The notes under the pieces were generated by a model that saw nothing but the letters and a program-made list of their open reading frames with translations, searched no databases and was not told where the DNA came from. A program made the translations under genes and the position numbers. Below, piece after piece: positions 49,292 through 63,200 of a stretch of 64,000 nt of DNA (positions are counted from its first letter, which is position 1; every line of letters starts with the position of its first letter). The stretch comes from Styela clava (taxonomy: Eukaryota), in the NCBI RefSeq assembly GCF_964204865.1, contig NC_135255.1, positions 15,004,001 through 15,068,000 on the forward strand, read 5' to 3'.

Positions 49292-51349
49292 GTCGGTAAG
49301 CTTTGACTTTGCATAAAAATGAAACAGTTGGCAATACCCGCAATTGTGTCATACGTACCGCAAGAAGTGAAGTGTTGTCCACCGTGGCGAACACCATCTA
49401 TCTAATGCGATTTATTTCTGGTCCGCTCTTGGTAGTATATACAATGAAACTGTACCGGTATGTCAGTATAAACAGTATGTTTAAGCGTTTGCATGAAGAG
49501 CTTCATTGAAACAAATGTAATAACAAAACCTGAACGCGAGCTCACGACAACCCATATAAATTTATACAACGAACACCCACAAGATGTCCTTTGCTTGAAA
49601 ACTTCAAACAAAATGTTTCTGAATAAGACGCCAAATAAGAGTATTGTACACGATTATAAAGTTTAGTATATCATTCGGATCATGTGTAGAAAAACCCGGT
49701 CAAAAGACGCCCATGCCACCGCTCATAATAAAAAATAGTAATTATCCAGTTAAGGTCGGAAATGATTTCAAAATTTGAATCATTCGAGGAGTGACCAACC
49801 AGTCAGAAACCAAGAGCCGCATTTCGTACTTTATTAACGCAAACAGTCACATTATAAACAAGAATACACATGAGCATCTGATATAGCCTACCTCTATTCG
49901 ACTCTGCTAGAATGCTATTTTGTGTAAATGTCACTATAACAAACATGATTATGACAGAATTGACAAGCTATTTATTATTACGCATGCTACTTAGTGGAAC
50001 TTCTGGCATTCCTTGGATTGAGCGATGCTCTTTAAATTTGGTTTGTATGTCGTTGTAGCAAATCGAAGCAATTCTTTAACATGCGTGTCAGTCAGAAAAG
50101 ACTAATGCTTTGATTTCGCGTGTTTCAGGGTAAATAACACAGATTCGCAGACGTATGTTGACCCAAACATTGGCAATATCCTAAGCGCAGCTTGTTTGAC
50201 ATTGGGGTATTTTCCCATTGGAATGCTTTTCTATAACTCAATGGTCCTTTCCCTTAAAGCGCATTTCAGTTGGTCTTCTTCATAAAGATCGATCATCTTA
50301 AACTCAGTTGTAGTCGGCGAGGGTTGTTTCCCAAATCCCACATTCTTTCATTAGTGCTTAGTGGCGGTCGGCGGGGACTTTCTACAAAAGGTGCTACCAT
50401 TCTCGGAAGCATAATTATTCTATATATAAATTAAATGATATATATATAAACAACCATTCCATACATCTGAAACAAATTACTTGCTAATCAATCCCATACC
50501 TGACATGGACTGGTAACTGGACGAAGGGCCTCAGCTTTGTATCAGAATGAACAGAAAGGCACATCACACACGCAATTTTCTGCGTTTCATTTTCAGTGCC
50601 CGCGGCAGCATGTTTTACTTGACGCGGGGCTCTTCGGACAAAATTTACGGTGTTTTCTTGCTTTACTCTTAGTGCGTATGATATCGTTTCGATCTGTAAA
50701 AGAGCATACCTCCGCGCCAATTTCAATCTGAGATGTTCTATGAATTTAGAAACGGTAAACCCGAGAGAGAGAGAGAGAGAGGTTATTTCATTTTGTCAAA
50801 CCGTAAATATATGTCAAACCAAGAAAACAATATATACATACATACATAACAAGAGATAGAGTCAGTTAGCACAAGAGACAGAAAGGATCAAATTGATGAA
50901 CTGTCTGTCAGTCTTAGTATTCCTCCACTTACAGGCAGACATTTGGTTTGCAGATTCACTCATTTGAATTATCTTATTGCCATGCATCTTGTCGCCATGG
51001 TTGCAAAATACCGCATTTTTATTATAAAAAGTAAATTAAAATGAACTACAAATTTAAAACGGGATATTCAAACAATCAATACCTAAAGCAGCGCACACGA
51101 TAGTTTCAGATGAGGCATGAATACATCTGCTTCGAATCAACGCAGTAGGCTAAGTTTAATGTAATTAATTTGGGGTAATTAGCCTCGCCGTGGGCTGCCA
51201 GGCGTGACGTCGTTAATTAAGTGAGATACTTATACAACAGATCCTCGTCAGTAGCGGTGGCGCAGGAGAAGCGTAGAGACATGGTTAAACATCAGGCCAG
51301 GTATGAGGATGAGTTCGAACCCCGCAGGGTAGAGTTGTAGGGATGGACA

Positions 51350-52330
51350 ACCAGACACGACAGGCGGTCGAAGGAGGAAAAAGGACCAACGAGCAAGCGA
51401 GAACAGTAGTTCAAGAAGAGCAGGGATGAAAAGCATACGAAGCAGGCGGTCAAAAAAAGGGAGCAAGCGAGAACAGCAGTCCAATAAAAGCAGAGGATGA
51501 AAAGCAGACGAAGCAGGCGGTCGAAGGAGAAAAGGGAGCCAACGAGCAGGCGAGAACAGCAGTCAGTCCAAGCAGGCGGTCTAATGAGAGGGAGAGAGCA
51601 AGCGAGAACAGCAGTCCCAAGAAAAGCAGACGAGGCAGGCGGTTGAAGAAGAAAAAAAGCCGACGAGCAGTTCAAGAAGAGCAGGGAAGAAAAAAAGCAG
51701 ACGAGCAAGCGAGAACAGCAGTTCAAGAATAGCAGGGATGAAAAAGCAGACAAGGCAGGCGGCCAAAAAAGGAAATAAAGTTCACGAGCAAGCGAGAAAG
51801 AACAGCAGTCCAAGAAGAGCAGAGGGGAAAAAGCAGACAAGGCAGGTGGTCGCAAGCGAGAACAGCAGGGATGAAAAAGCATGCAAAAAAAAGTGCATGG
51901 GGCTGGACCACTGGACCAGCAAAGGAGCTGACAAGCAAGCCCAGTCCAGAACGGCAGCGTTCATGGGGCTGGACCGCTGGACCAGCAAAGGAGCCGACAA
52001 GCAAGCCCATAACAGCAGCAGCCAAATAGGGTGGTAGACAACCTCACTGGGTTGTAGGAGCCAACGAGCAAGTCAGAAAGAACAGCAGCCAAAGAAAATA
52101 TGCTAGGGTTGGTTACACGACGAGCGGCCTAACTGAGCGTGAGGCAGCCAGAGGGGAGGAAAAAGAGCCGACAAGCAAGCCAAATGGTGGTAGACTGAGC
52201 ATTGAAAAACGAGAGAAAAAGTCTGAGGCAGTGAGCAGAAGTCCTGAATGGGGGGACTTGCTGACGAGCAAGAAGAGAGACAGACAAAGTCTAGGAAAAC
52301 AGATGAAGGGGAAAACCAGAACCGCAGCCA
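51350..52330. repeat. Degenerate purine-rich ~78-bp minisatellite plus an ~66-bp direct repeat
   Basis: Recurrent CGAGCAAGCGAGAACAGCAGT and AAAAGCAGACGAAGCAGGCGGTC units. CATGGGGCTGGACCRCTGGACCAGCAAAGGAGC occurs at ~51896 and ~51962. Confidence 0.8.
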
Positions 52331-54228
52331 AGTTTGCTTATGACACTATTGAAAATTCTAAGATGAAGTTAGGCGCAATATGCGTTGTGTTTTTGTAAGT
52401 ATAGGTTATACGATACACGAAGTTTAGACAAGTTCAAGTGGTTATCTGTAGAGAAATATTATAAGAAGGTGAGTAGTTAAACGTAAAAAGTTTTTGTTTC
52501 AACGTCGCTTTATGCAGACATGATCTCGTGATAAATCTTCAACAAAATCTGATTCATAATTGGTTGCGAATCTGCCAGCGCTTATCGATCAGTGGGAAGA
52601 GACATAGGTAAGCCATCAAGCGTAGTCGTGCAAACTAAATTATCCTTATGTGGCGTTTTCACTTCCGAGGAAAGTCAGCTTAACCTCTTCCAGATTACCA
52701 CACAAACATCTATACTGCTATTTTCCAGTTGAACTGAAAAGGGCGAATAAAATGATTATTTCAGGAGTAAAACGACCAGGCCCCTATTACCGGCATTTGA
52801 GGAGTGTCCGCCAGAGACCTAACCTAAATATGGTCCTGAGGCGGAGCTTGTGGTGTTTTCACTGGAGTTGTCCGCCCTTGTGAAAAAAATTGAAGACGAA
52901 CGCTTCTCTGAATATTTGAACGAATTTTCACGCAACACCTTTGTGACGGAACAAACCATTCGAGGCAGAAGAGAGGTTGACGGATTTTTTTTTTGTACAA
53001 ATGGCATGTTATTAAAGGAGGCTCCCCAAGATTTTGTAACCGAAATATGAAATTTATATTTTTGAAAATTAAAGACCCATCCACCCAATTTGTTACCATT
53101 TGTTCATTCAATATTTTTTTTATTATTATTTGATGTCCGCCAAACTTTACTGATAAAACCGCTTACGATAACCACTCTTCCACACACCTACAATTCGAAA
53201 AGCTTGGTATGACACCAATTAATCATTTACCCTGCAGCACTTTTCAGACGGAACAAACCATCGGAGGTAGACGGGAAATTTTCAAGGTTTTCCATATGCT
53301 AAAATTTTTGTTACTAAAAGTTATTTTCACAGACTTAGGAAATTATTATCGGAGTCGAACTTAAATTTTTTACAACCCGGAATTCGGGAGTTGATTATAA
53401 ATTTTCCTTGGCTACCTCAGCAAAGACCCCACCTTGAAATTAGTTGAACACATCAACACGAGCAGTTGTTGCAGACATGAAGATATATTGAAATAAGTAG
53501 CATGATACCAAAAAAGGGCACATATTTGATTTCAAATGTTAGATATAGGCAAGAAGTGTAAAAATTCGTAACATCACCGTCTTGGAAATTATTGCTCACA
53601 AAACAATTTAAGTAACTATTTGATATTTATCAAGCTTCTATTTCAATTTTACTAAATATGAAAAAAATGACGCTCTAATATTTTGTTTTCTAGTTATAAA
53701 TATTATGTAATTTCACAAGCAGCGTAGAAAAAAAAAATTAAAAATCGAAGAAATTGATAGATTGCCTCGCAAGTATAATGATAAATTTTGCTTTGGATGG
53801 GATGTACAACGTAACAAAAAGTAACTAATGTATAATATAATGCCGGAACGAAAAGTAACTAATTTTTTATATGATGCCGGGATCAACTGATGCAGTGAAT
53901 AAACGCGCGAATATGTACATCATAGTCTGGCGAAAGGTCGCAATACACAGTAATAAATTTCATTGTGGATCGTGAAAATCTTCAGACTATGCCTGACTTG
54001 AAAGGACTAATGTGCAAATACCTTTTAAACGAACTACAAACCGACTGCAGTACAAAGTTTGGAAAATAAATCACTGCAAAACGTCAACTCTCATTTCCAC
54101 TATGGTAGTAATACTGCAATTGATACTATTTGAGGTATCACCAAGGCAGACGCGCAACGAGATGACTCACAAAAAAATGTCAGTTAATAGACGACGTACA
54201 AAAAATAAATCTTAACACAGTAAACGCT

Positions 54229-57200
54229 TCAAGCTGATGGACCTTTCTCGGTTGTGTTGTTTTCTTCTGGTTTGAAATCAATTTCTGATGATGGTTCGGT
54301 TACTTGTCCTTGTGATAAAACAACTTCGTTTTCGTCAACAATGGCAAGCGTAGAGGAACTCGCAATATTTGAAGGTGCCATAGTCAACGTCGTTTGCTCC
54401 ATCACTCTTGTATCATTGGCAGAAGGTTTTCTGTCCTGAAAGTGAAGATTGTCGTTGAGGTAAATGAGGGATAAATATATGGGAATAACGGGGCATTAAA
54501 AAGGTTCTTAAATATAGCAGTGCTGTGAAGTCAGTGAGCCACAAAATTTTGACTCGATTCAAGCCCATAATTTCGTGACATTTCGATAACTTGACATATT
54601 ATGCAAGCCTTCGACCGAAATCCGGCCTTAAATCCGGGGATCCAAAATTTCGACTCCGGATCCGGCTCCAATAAGACATGACAAATATCTAGCTCAATAG
54701 CCTTATTAAATTCGCCGCGAGCTTATTGAAGGCAATTGTTCAAATGAACAAGGAAAATCCAAACAAAATCGGCCATTTCCTCAACTACGACTACTTTAGA
54801 ACATCCGTACTATAAAAATATATCGCAATAGTGTAGTCTGTTGCAACAACTGACAAGTAATATCCCGTTTACTTTGTTTGCATAGCTGGCAGTATCGTTA
54901 TCTAATGCAAATTAAACCTCCGGTTGAATCAGTTGAATTCGCTTGAACCAGCCATTCCTAACAAAAGTAGGCGGGAGCAAAACACGTGGCCATGCATGGT
55001 CAGTGGTTACGAAATGTACATGTCAAAACGCTACACAATCAGTTTTATAAAATGAGTCGAAATATTCAAATTCCTATTATTCGATTTTCCAGTCTATTGA
55101 TTTTAGAAAAAATACATTTAGTTTCACAATATGACCACTAAGGCTTTCTATATTTGAAAATACAGTTATACCTCGGTGGTTGAACCACTCGATAACCGAA
55201 TAATTCAGTAGTTGACTAATAAATTCTTGCCACAAATGCTGTGGCACTCAAATGAAAATTCGGTGACGGAATGAATACCCGATCGCGTCGCCGAGTGAGA
55301 TGACGCCGGAACCGCTCATTTCGGATGCCTCTTGACCATTTATGTTTAAATATATGGAGAAGGAGGCGTAGTCCTAAACGATGTAGTACGGGTATGCAAT
55401 CTTTCACTGTAGACTACCGACACGACAATCGTCACGACTAACGCGAAAGCGCAATCGCCTCAAATTACGCAATTTTTGATGGCGTCATCGCACGCAATAA
55501 ACGAATCTCATAGAACCCACAGAATTTTTTTCAAAACATACTGTAACTGATACAAAAAAATTTATATAATTATCTTTATTATGTTTAATCTTCATTGTGT
55601 ACACATTCAAATAATTATGTCCTTCAGATGCACGTTTTGTTAGTAATCCGGGTATATTTTGGAACGAATCAAAATAATTACCATTGTCGAATGATCACGT
55701 TTGTTCGGTTACGCAACGCGATAGACGGATGGATGAAAATAGGCCATGTTGAAAGCGTGAAGGCTCGCGACATTTGATATTATTTGCACACGACACCAGA
55801 CTTTGACACGAGTGTCGCACGCAGCGGCGGATTGCGTAATAATAGGAAAGATTGCCCATGTATTCATTACTAATGAGTGGGACACGAATGTACAAACAAG
55901 TTGATAGATTTACAATGACACAGTTATCAGGGATGAGTGAACTGGGCAAACCTCTGCTTTTAATATGGAGCAGAAAATTTGCTTGCATACCTGCGATTTT
56001 AATCATTTAGGCAGTACGGAATCCTATTAAGGCCATTATAAAACAACTATATGCAGTGTATTCACAATCAATAAAAACTTGGTTCCTGTTATTAGTGTAA
56101 TAAATTGCCATGTTTGAATTTGATAACATATATAATATTCTTTAGCGTTTTCGATACCCAACACTTTCACCTACAAACTAGTTTACTAGTTTCACAACTA
56201 TCATTTTGATTACAAATTTCAATCCAACCCCAAAGTAGCTAATTTCAAAGTAGTTTCAATCCAAAGTAGTAATAGCTAATTTTAGTCTTGTATATCCCGG
56301 CTTTTTAAGAACTATAACTGGATTAAAATCCTGAGAAGACAAAATACCCATGGAGTTTATTGATTCCTATCTGGTTTTGAGGAACCACAACTAAAACTGA
56401 CAAATAGCTAGCCAAACCACGAAAAAAATATCTAACATAGTTGAAAATAATGTCTTAAGAATTGTTAAAATTTCAGTTGTTGGGTCATCTTTGACATAGT
56501 TCCGATTAACCACAAGAAAACGGAGTCTGAGCTCTGGGAAACCCATTATAAAGAAACTGCCAACATTCATACAGTATAGTTCGAAATCATAGACATACCT
56601 AATTAATAATAGAAAATTTTTTAAAAACAAATCCAACTTACCAATTTTGGTTTATCTGGAGGGCAGCAAGTTTTAGCAATACAACTTTCCCCACACACTA
56701 ACTGACAAGGGAGCTCGTCCTCGGAAAAAGAAAATTCGGGTTGAACTGTGCATGAGTGTATGCCTTCATCGTGGAGAGACGCTTTAATCTGAAAAGAAAT
56801 AATAAAATTGACATGGAGAGCATGGAATTTAAAAAAAAAAAAAAATGACAGGCTCAATTTCTGAAAAATAGTAGAACTAATTTTCCTTTTTTGAAAAGAC
56901 GCTCAAAAATACCTTCCCAAATTTCATGCCTTGTATAATTCTAACTAAGCAACTATAAGGATAACTCCTAACCATACCAAATATTTCATAACAATAAAAA
57001 AAACTTTTATCCCAATTCCCAACTGTTTAGAAGCATTACATGTTAAAGCTGCGTCAAAAACACCTATGGTGTATGAACACAGAAAATTTGACAATTTAAA
57101 TTTCATTTTATAAGATGTTTTGTTTTGCTGCTCTTTGACCTTTGGAACGATTCCCTTCTATATATATTAGAAAGCCTTTCAAGTGCAAATAGGCCAATCT

Positions 57201-60200
57201 CTTCATAAGATAGCGTAAACAACTATTATCCTCTTGCCTTCAGGCAAATATTGATTGCACGTATATCTCAGCCAGTTGTGCAATGTCTAAATAAATTGAA
57301 ATACATATTCGTAAGCTGCCACTTTGTTTACGGCTTGTGTTATTGAGTTAACAGGCACTCATTCAGGAGTGAATCTATATTTTAGCTAAGCCACAGACAA
57401 TCTTTGAAATATAAAAGACTACTGTAACCATATAAAAGAATTGTGATGCTGCATTACGCAACAGTAAATGCGGACTCACAAGATCACGAGACTAGCTCAT
57501 GGCAAAGTTCTTGGAAAAACCCTGCACAAATTGCTTTATCTGGAGGGTACAACAAGGGTGGATGTTTTTTTCATGCACTGATGAGCCTGAAAGCTTCTTA
57601 CAGTCAGCAATTCGGGAACACTAGGCCATATCTTATTCTCACACGGAGGATTTACATTTTCTGCTAAAATTGAATAACTATGCTGCATTGATATAATGAG
57701 TAAGTCAGTTTGAGAGATTGGCAATTGAAACAATGCTGGTATTTTCTCAGCAAAGTGCATAAAGCTTGTTGAATAAACCCCATGCTTCATAAAAAACGTT
57801 TCGTTAAATATAAATTGAACCATTAAATTCCTTATATAATATGATATATACCTTTTGCACGAGTCTTTCATAGGTTTCTGCATCAGCACACTGCACATGA
57901 ACTGTAGCTACTATTTTGTCACCTGTTAATTGCCAGATATGTAGATCGTGTATTGCTTGAATTCCAGCAATTTGTTTGATTCTAAAACAAAAACAAAAAA
58001 CATGTGAATATTGATTTTTGCACACTTGAATAAATCAATTTTCAATGACTTCTGTAAAATTGTAATATCCGCTATATTTTCAACTCAATTGCTGTGTCGA
58101 AATTTCATTTTAAAGGAAGATATCCAAAATCAAGTAACTTGAGTTAAGTTATTATTAATGGAATTATTGACTATGGTTTTAATTCTTACACCTTCACTCT
58201 GAACAAGGCTCAAGACAAGCAGCCACTGATAGGCATTAAGATACTGTTTTCCTGGAAGAACTGAAATCTTTCAGGTTGGGCAATTGTCTACTTCATTTTA
58301 TCACACTTTAGATAAATTTTGACGCTTTCCACTCTAAACGAAGCCCAGTATTAGCAGCTACTACTGGAAGTGCCACTACTTTTTGAAATGCTGTGATCTT
58401 TTCAGTTTCGCTTTGTCATCATAATTGAGTTTAAAATATTGAACAAAAAAAATGTTTGGCTATTCGCCTACCATTCATTGAAAAAACATTCATTCTTTAT
58501 TTCTAACACACAGACTAAAGTATTATAGCTTCACAAAAATACATTTGTTATGTTCAAATGTTCCATTAGTAAAACATATAATTTACAAATACTAACTTGT
58601 TTCTGATTGATTCCAACTTGATATGTTTTGGAACAGTTTCAAGTAAGATCATACTTGATTGCTTGAATAAAGGAATTGTGGTGAAAACCATGATGCAGAC
58701 AAGTATTAAACTCATCGTAGGGTCCATATATAAAGTCCATGGGTTTGTTTCTGCCTGTGAAAAATATAAACAAATTTGTCATGCACCATATGTTATTCTA
58801 AAAATTTGCTTCAAGCAAGGGAAATTCAAAACAAATCAAATATTTGAATGCAATCAAAATTGGTTACATTTAGCATGACAAATGTTGACTTTAATAAGAA
58901 TAGTTTAAAACAATTTCTAAAAAATTTGTTCAAATTCCATGTTGAATTATTCAAAATATATTATGTCTATTCAATAACATGATTGAAGTCTCTAAACATA
59001 AGGTTTTGTTAGACACAGACGAAGTATGACCCCACATATAATGATTTGTTTTCCGTTTGAAAACTTGGAAGATGAAATAGATTAAAGTACGATACCCTAA
59101 AAATTACACAAAGCGGAAGAGTAGTGAGATAAACGAACCAGGAAACCTATCAACTCGAGATGGATGAGTGATGAATCATCCAGCCGTAAATAGAAACCAA
59201 ATAATTGAATAAATGCTAATAACCAATTATACTGACAGAATGCCAGCTCATCAACCTAAGATAAATTGCAATTGCAACAAATATTATCGGAAAACTGAAA
59301 TGTTATAAAACTCACAAGAATACCAAATTCTATTTGAAAATTTCAAAAATGGTGTTTTGAATTTATGAATAATTTATAGCATCTGCACACGCCCTCAGAA
59401 ATTGAGTCTAGGTAAAACCACAGAGCCACTCAGTCAGCATATTCACTCACACAAGACAAAGGAATTCTGTGATGTGTCAGCAGTCAGCACATCAATGAGC
59501 ATGACCAATACACATAAACACAATAATAAATAGATATACAATGTGGGAAGTTATTTGAATAAATGTTCAAAGGATAAAAATTTTATCACAGACACTCACA
59601 TGTACCACATTACCGCAATAACTGAGGCTCTCAAAATTTATTCTCCTTTAGACCTTCACAAATTTACAGTACAGAAAAGTGAATTCATGGATTGCGAAAT
59701 TTAACTCCAAGGCAGGTCAAATTTACCTCAGTCACTTTTCATATAAATTTTTGGAACCAAGCGGAAAATTAAGCAACTTGCAGTAGAATATTAGCTAAAA
59801 TGACGAGGTGTTACAAAAATACATTCTAGTTTATGTGCAATAAGACTTTTGAATTCCTCATATCAAATATTAAAACTATTACTAAAGGCCTAAACAAAGA
59901 AAGAAACTTTATGTGAAATTTTTATTTTGCTCGAGTAAACAGCACATAAATAGGAACAATAAGAAGCGTTGAGCAATAAAAGTCATTTACACAACTTGAA
60001 GAAACAAGTTCTTCCAGGAACATCAGACAGATGGTTCATGAGTAGGGTGATAACAAACAAAGACAGCTGGTAAATATTTAATTGAAACTTAGAAAGAAGG
60101 AACATGCCCTACATTTCACAGTTGATAATTTGCACAAGGTGATAAGTCATACAAGGAGCTAATTGATATGTCTGTCAAATTAGTCCGAATAATCAATACA

Positions 60201-63200
60201 TGCTATTCAAGGAGAACTACAAATAAATATAAGGCTGTGCGCATCCAGCGGAACAAAAATTAATTAGACAATGTCAATATTTAACTAATTCAACAGTTTA
60301 ACAATTTTGCAGAACCATTTAAAAACCACCAATTCTGTCTTGAAAGCAATTAATACTGGTCAATTTGATATGTTTGAATTTTTGCGAATAGTATTAATAC
60401 AGCAAGTGGAAATAACTTTTTGTATGAGAACATATCGGTATAATGCAATAATATATTTGTGCTATATATGAAAACTTTTTGGTGGTCATACAAGTGTATG
60501 ACTGAATCATATACATCATAGAGGAAATAGAACATACCGGTAAGTGAATAGATAGATCCTTTCATGTCATAACACTACGTTCTGAACAGCAAATTCTTTA
60601 GTTTGAAGTTGGTATCGGCATATGTAATGCACATAATGCAACAAAGACAAGCACCGTCAGTTTATAATATGAAATATTGAAAGACATTAAGGGTTTCAAA
60701 AAGAGAAATTGAATCGAAAAACTTGCCTTCCTAACACATTCTGAAAGACTGAATTGTAGACTTCGATATTGGATTTGGTTAAATAATGTGTAAGTACTGC
60801 TATTAGTCTGCCACTTACAAGCATAAAACACAAACAACTTCCTACACAACGATGAGGTCATATCTACAGTCATATGAAAGAGAAACAAGCTATACTTTAT
60901 TATTACTTATCATCTTGAAACTTGGGAGCTATGTTCGAATTTATGGATCATCTGACTAATAGGATGACTGCAGTGTCAGCAAAATTTCAGACTAATGTCA
61001 AAAGAGTTGTATCAAATGTAATACAGAAATGTGCCGTGAACTAGAAATATCAGCAAAATATAGGTGAAATATCCAGCCCCTAAGACTTGAAAAAAAAAAA
61101 AAGCCTTCTAGGAACTTTCTCATCTTTACCTACTCAAGATTTGCAATCTATTATTCCAACTAACGGGTCCACCTCATGTCCAAAAATAAGTCATGGTTCA
61201 TGTACAGTAAGACAGTGAATAAAACAATAACCAAAGTACAATACTTTCATTACCCCTATTACAAATCACTGTTCTAGCAGCAAACTTTGGTACCTCTTCA
61301 AAATAAATATACTTGATATTTCGTGGAAAGAGATTATGCTATTTTTCTTTATCTTTAAAATAACATAACAATTTCACCATTTTGTGTGATGAAGAAAATT
61401 AGGTGTATGTAAAAATTAAATAAAATTACACATTACTTACCGGAACAAGCCACAGAACTGTAGCGCTGATCATAACAATAACTGAACCAAGTGCATCACC
61501 AAGTACATGTAAAAAAACTGCTCTCATGTTCAGATGCTGCTCTTCAGTTACAGCCTAAAAATGAAATTTTCATTTAATACATGTAACATTGAATTGAAAA
61601 ATACCTCGCTTAGATAAAATTGATTAAAAAAACGATAATACCAACCTTTTTCTTTGGTGAGTCTGTGTCTGATTCCTTATCTGAATCTTTGTTATGGCCA
61701 TGACCATGGCCATGATCGTGCGAATGACCATGTGAATGAGATCCAAACATGATCAAACCAAATATGTTGATAAGTAAACCTCCTGTGAAATAAGAATAGC
61801 TTGTTAATAAATCTGGTAATATTTGACTGTAATTACAAGAAAGCCATAGGCAAACATATGGACACAAAAAGTCAAATGTAAAAATGGAAATATTTGGGGT
61901 AAAATATTGGGTCTCAAATAATAGGCCTAAAAAAACAAGTAATAGCCTCCTATGGACTTTTTTAATTTCAAGTAGAAAATTTGAAAGATTATTCGAATGT
62001 TGCTTAGAATACCGATTCTTATCACAACAATAACCCCAAGAATTCCAACATGACTTTGAAAACATGTATCCTACCTCCTCCAACAGCAAGTACGAGCTTT
62101 GGTGAATCCACATGTTCAGGTTTAGTAAATTTTTGTACTGCTTCCAATGTTATAGAAATACACAGTGCGAGAAGAAATGTTGAGTTGATGAGAGCACCTA
62201 AGATCTAATGAACATGAATTATATATTCTTAGAGTATGAAGTCAAAAATTACGAATTTTATTAATGGTGATATTCGAAACCAGAATTCACAACAGAAAAT
62301 CAATAAGCATCGAGTTTGCTAAGCATCCTTGATTGACAATTAATTAGGTAAGGCATCACTGAAGTTTTTATTGTCAAAATTTGATTTTTTGTGGTTGAGA
62401 GTCAAAATTGTTTCAATTTCTTTCATTTGCAATATCTGAAGTGCTATATATATATTTTTTTTATATTCAATCAATACTGTGACATGATTGCTTGAAAACA
62501 TTTGAACCCCAAGGGTCAAAACAAAAGCCTCGATGACTTTCACCCATCTAGCAAACTGACCCCTATGCAGTGTTTATATACTAGTTAGTGTTGATGTTGT
62601 TTTGTGAAAATAAATCTCTCTCATAATATATTACCTCAGAGTCAAAGTCAATTTTTAAACGGCCCAGAATTTAGAGTCCACAGCCTTAGTTGGAAAATCT
62701 ATATTGACTGATCAAAATTGACCACAAAAATATGTAAACATCAATATGCAAACATAATAAATTAATCCATATCATGAAATTGATTTCTACTACAATTCTA
62801 AATGAAATCACAAATATAAGCCACTGATAAACAAACGGAACCCAATTTCAAAATCAATAAAGCATTACATGCTTAATTTGTATGATAGCCTATACTATAA
62901 AAACATTCATTACAATTAATTCAGATTTATTTGTAATGATAAATTGCAGAAATTAAATAGACAAGTCAAACATATACTACTGATATATGTGTTGTATACA
63001 GAATTGATGTTTTATAAAACCCCATTCTGTTATTCCCGATTCACAAACTCCATAAATTGTCAACATACCTCAAATCGAACCCAACCAAAAGTATTAAAAT
63101 ATGGCTCTTTAGAAGGCCATGGACGGAACGGATCTCTTGCAGTTCTTCGACTCATTCTTACAGCTACAAGAGCAACTATTAATGATAAAGCATCAGACAA

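Noticed and set aside
51292-52037. Overlapping 70-196 aa ORFs; possible CRISPR-like array
   Set aside because: The ORFs are by-products of a low-complexity minisatellite. Units are degenerate with no unique spacers, and the context is eukaryotic with no cas genes.
58019-59392. TGCACAC metal-response-element cores within ZnT1 introns
   Set aside because: Isolated 7-mers expected by chance; the promoter lies outside the window.
58755-61440. Possible microexon (~59600-59622) or snoRNAs in the long ZnT1 intron
   Set aside because: The 22-nt candidate would break the frame, the flanking exons already join in phase, and I found no clean C/D box pair with a terminal stem.
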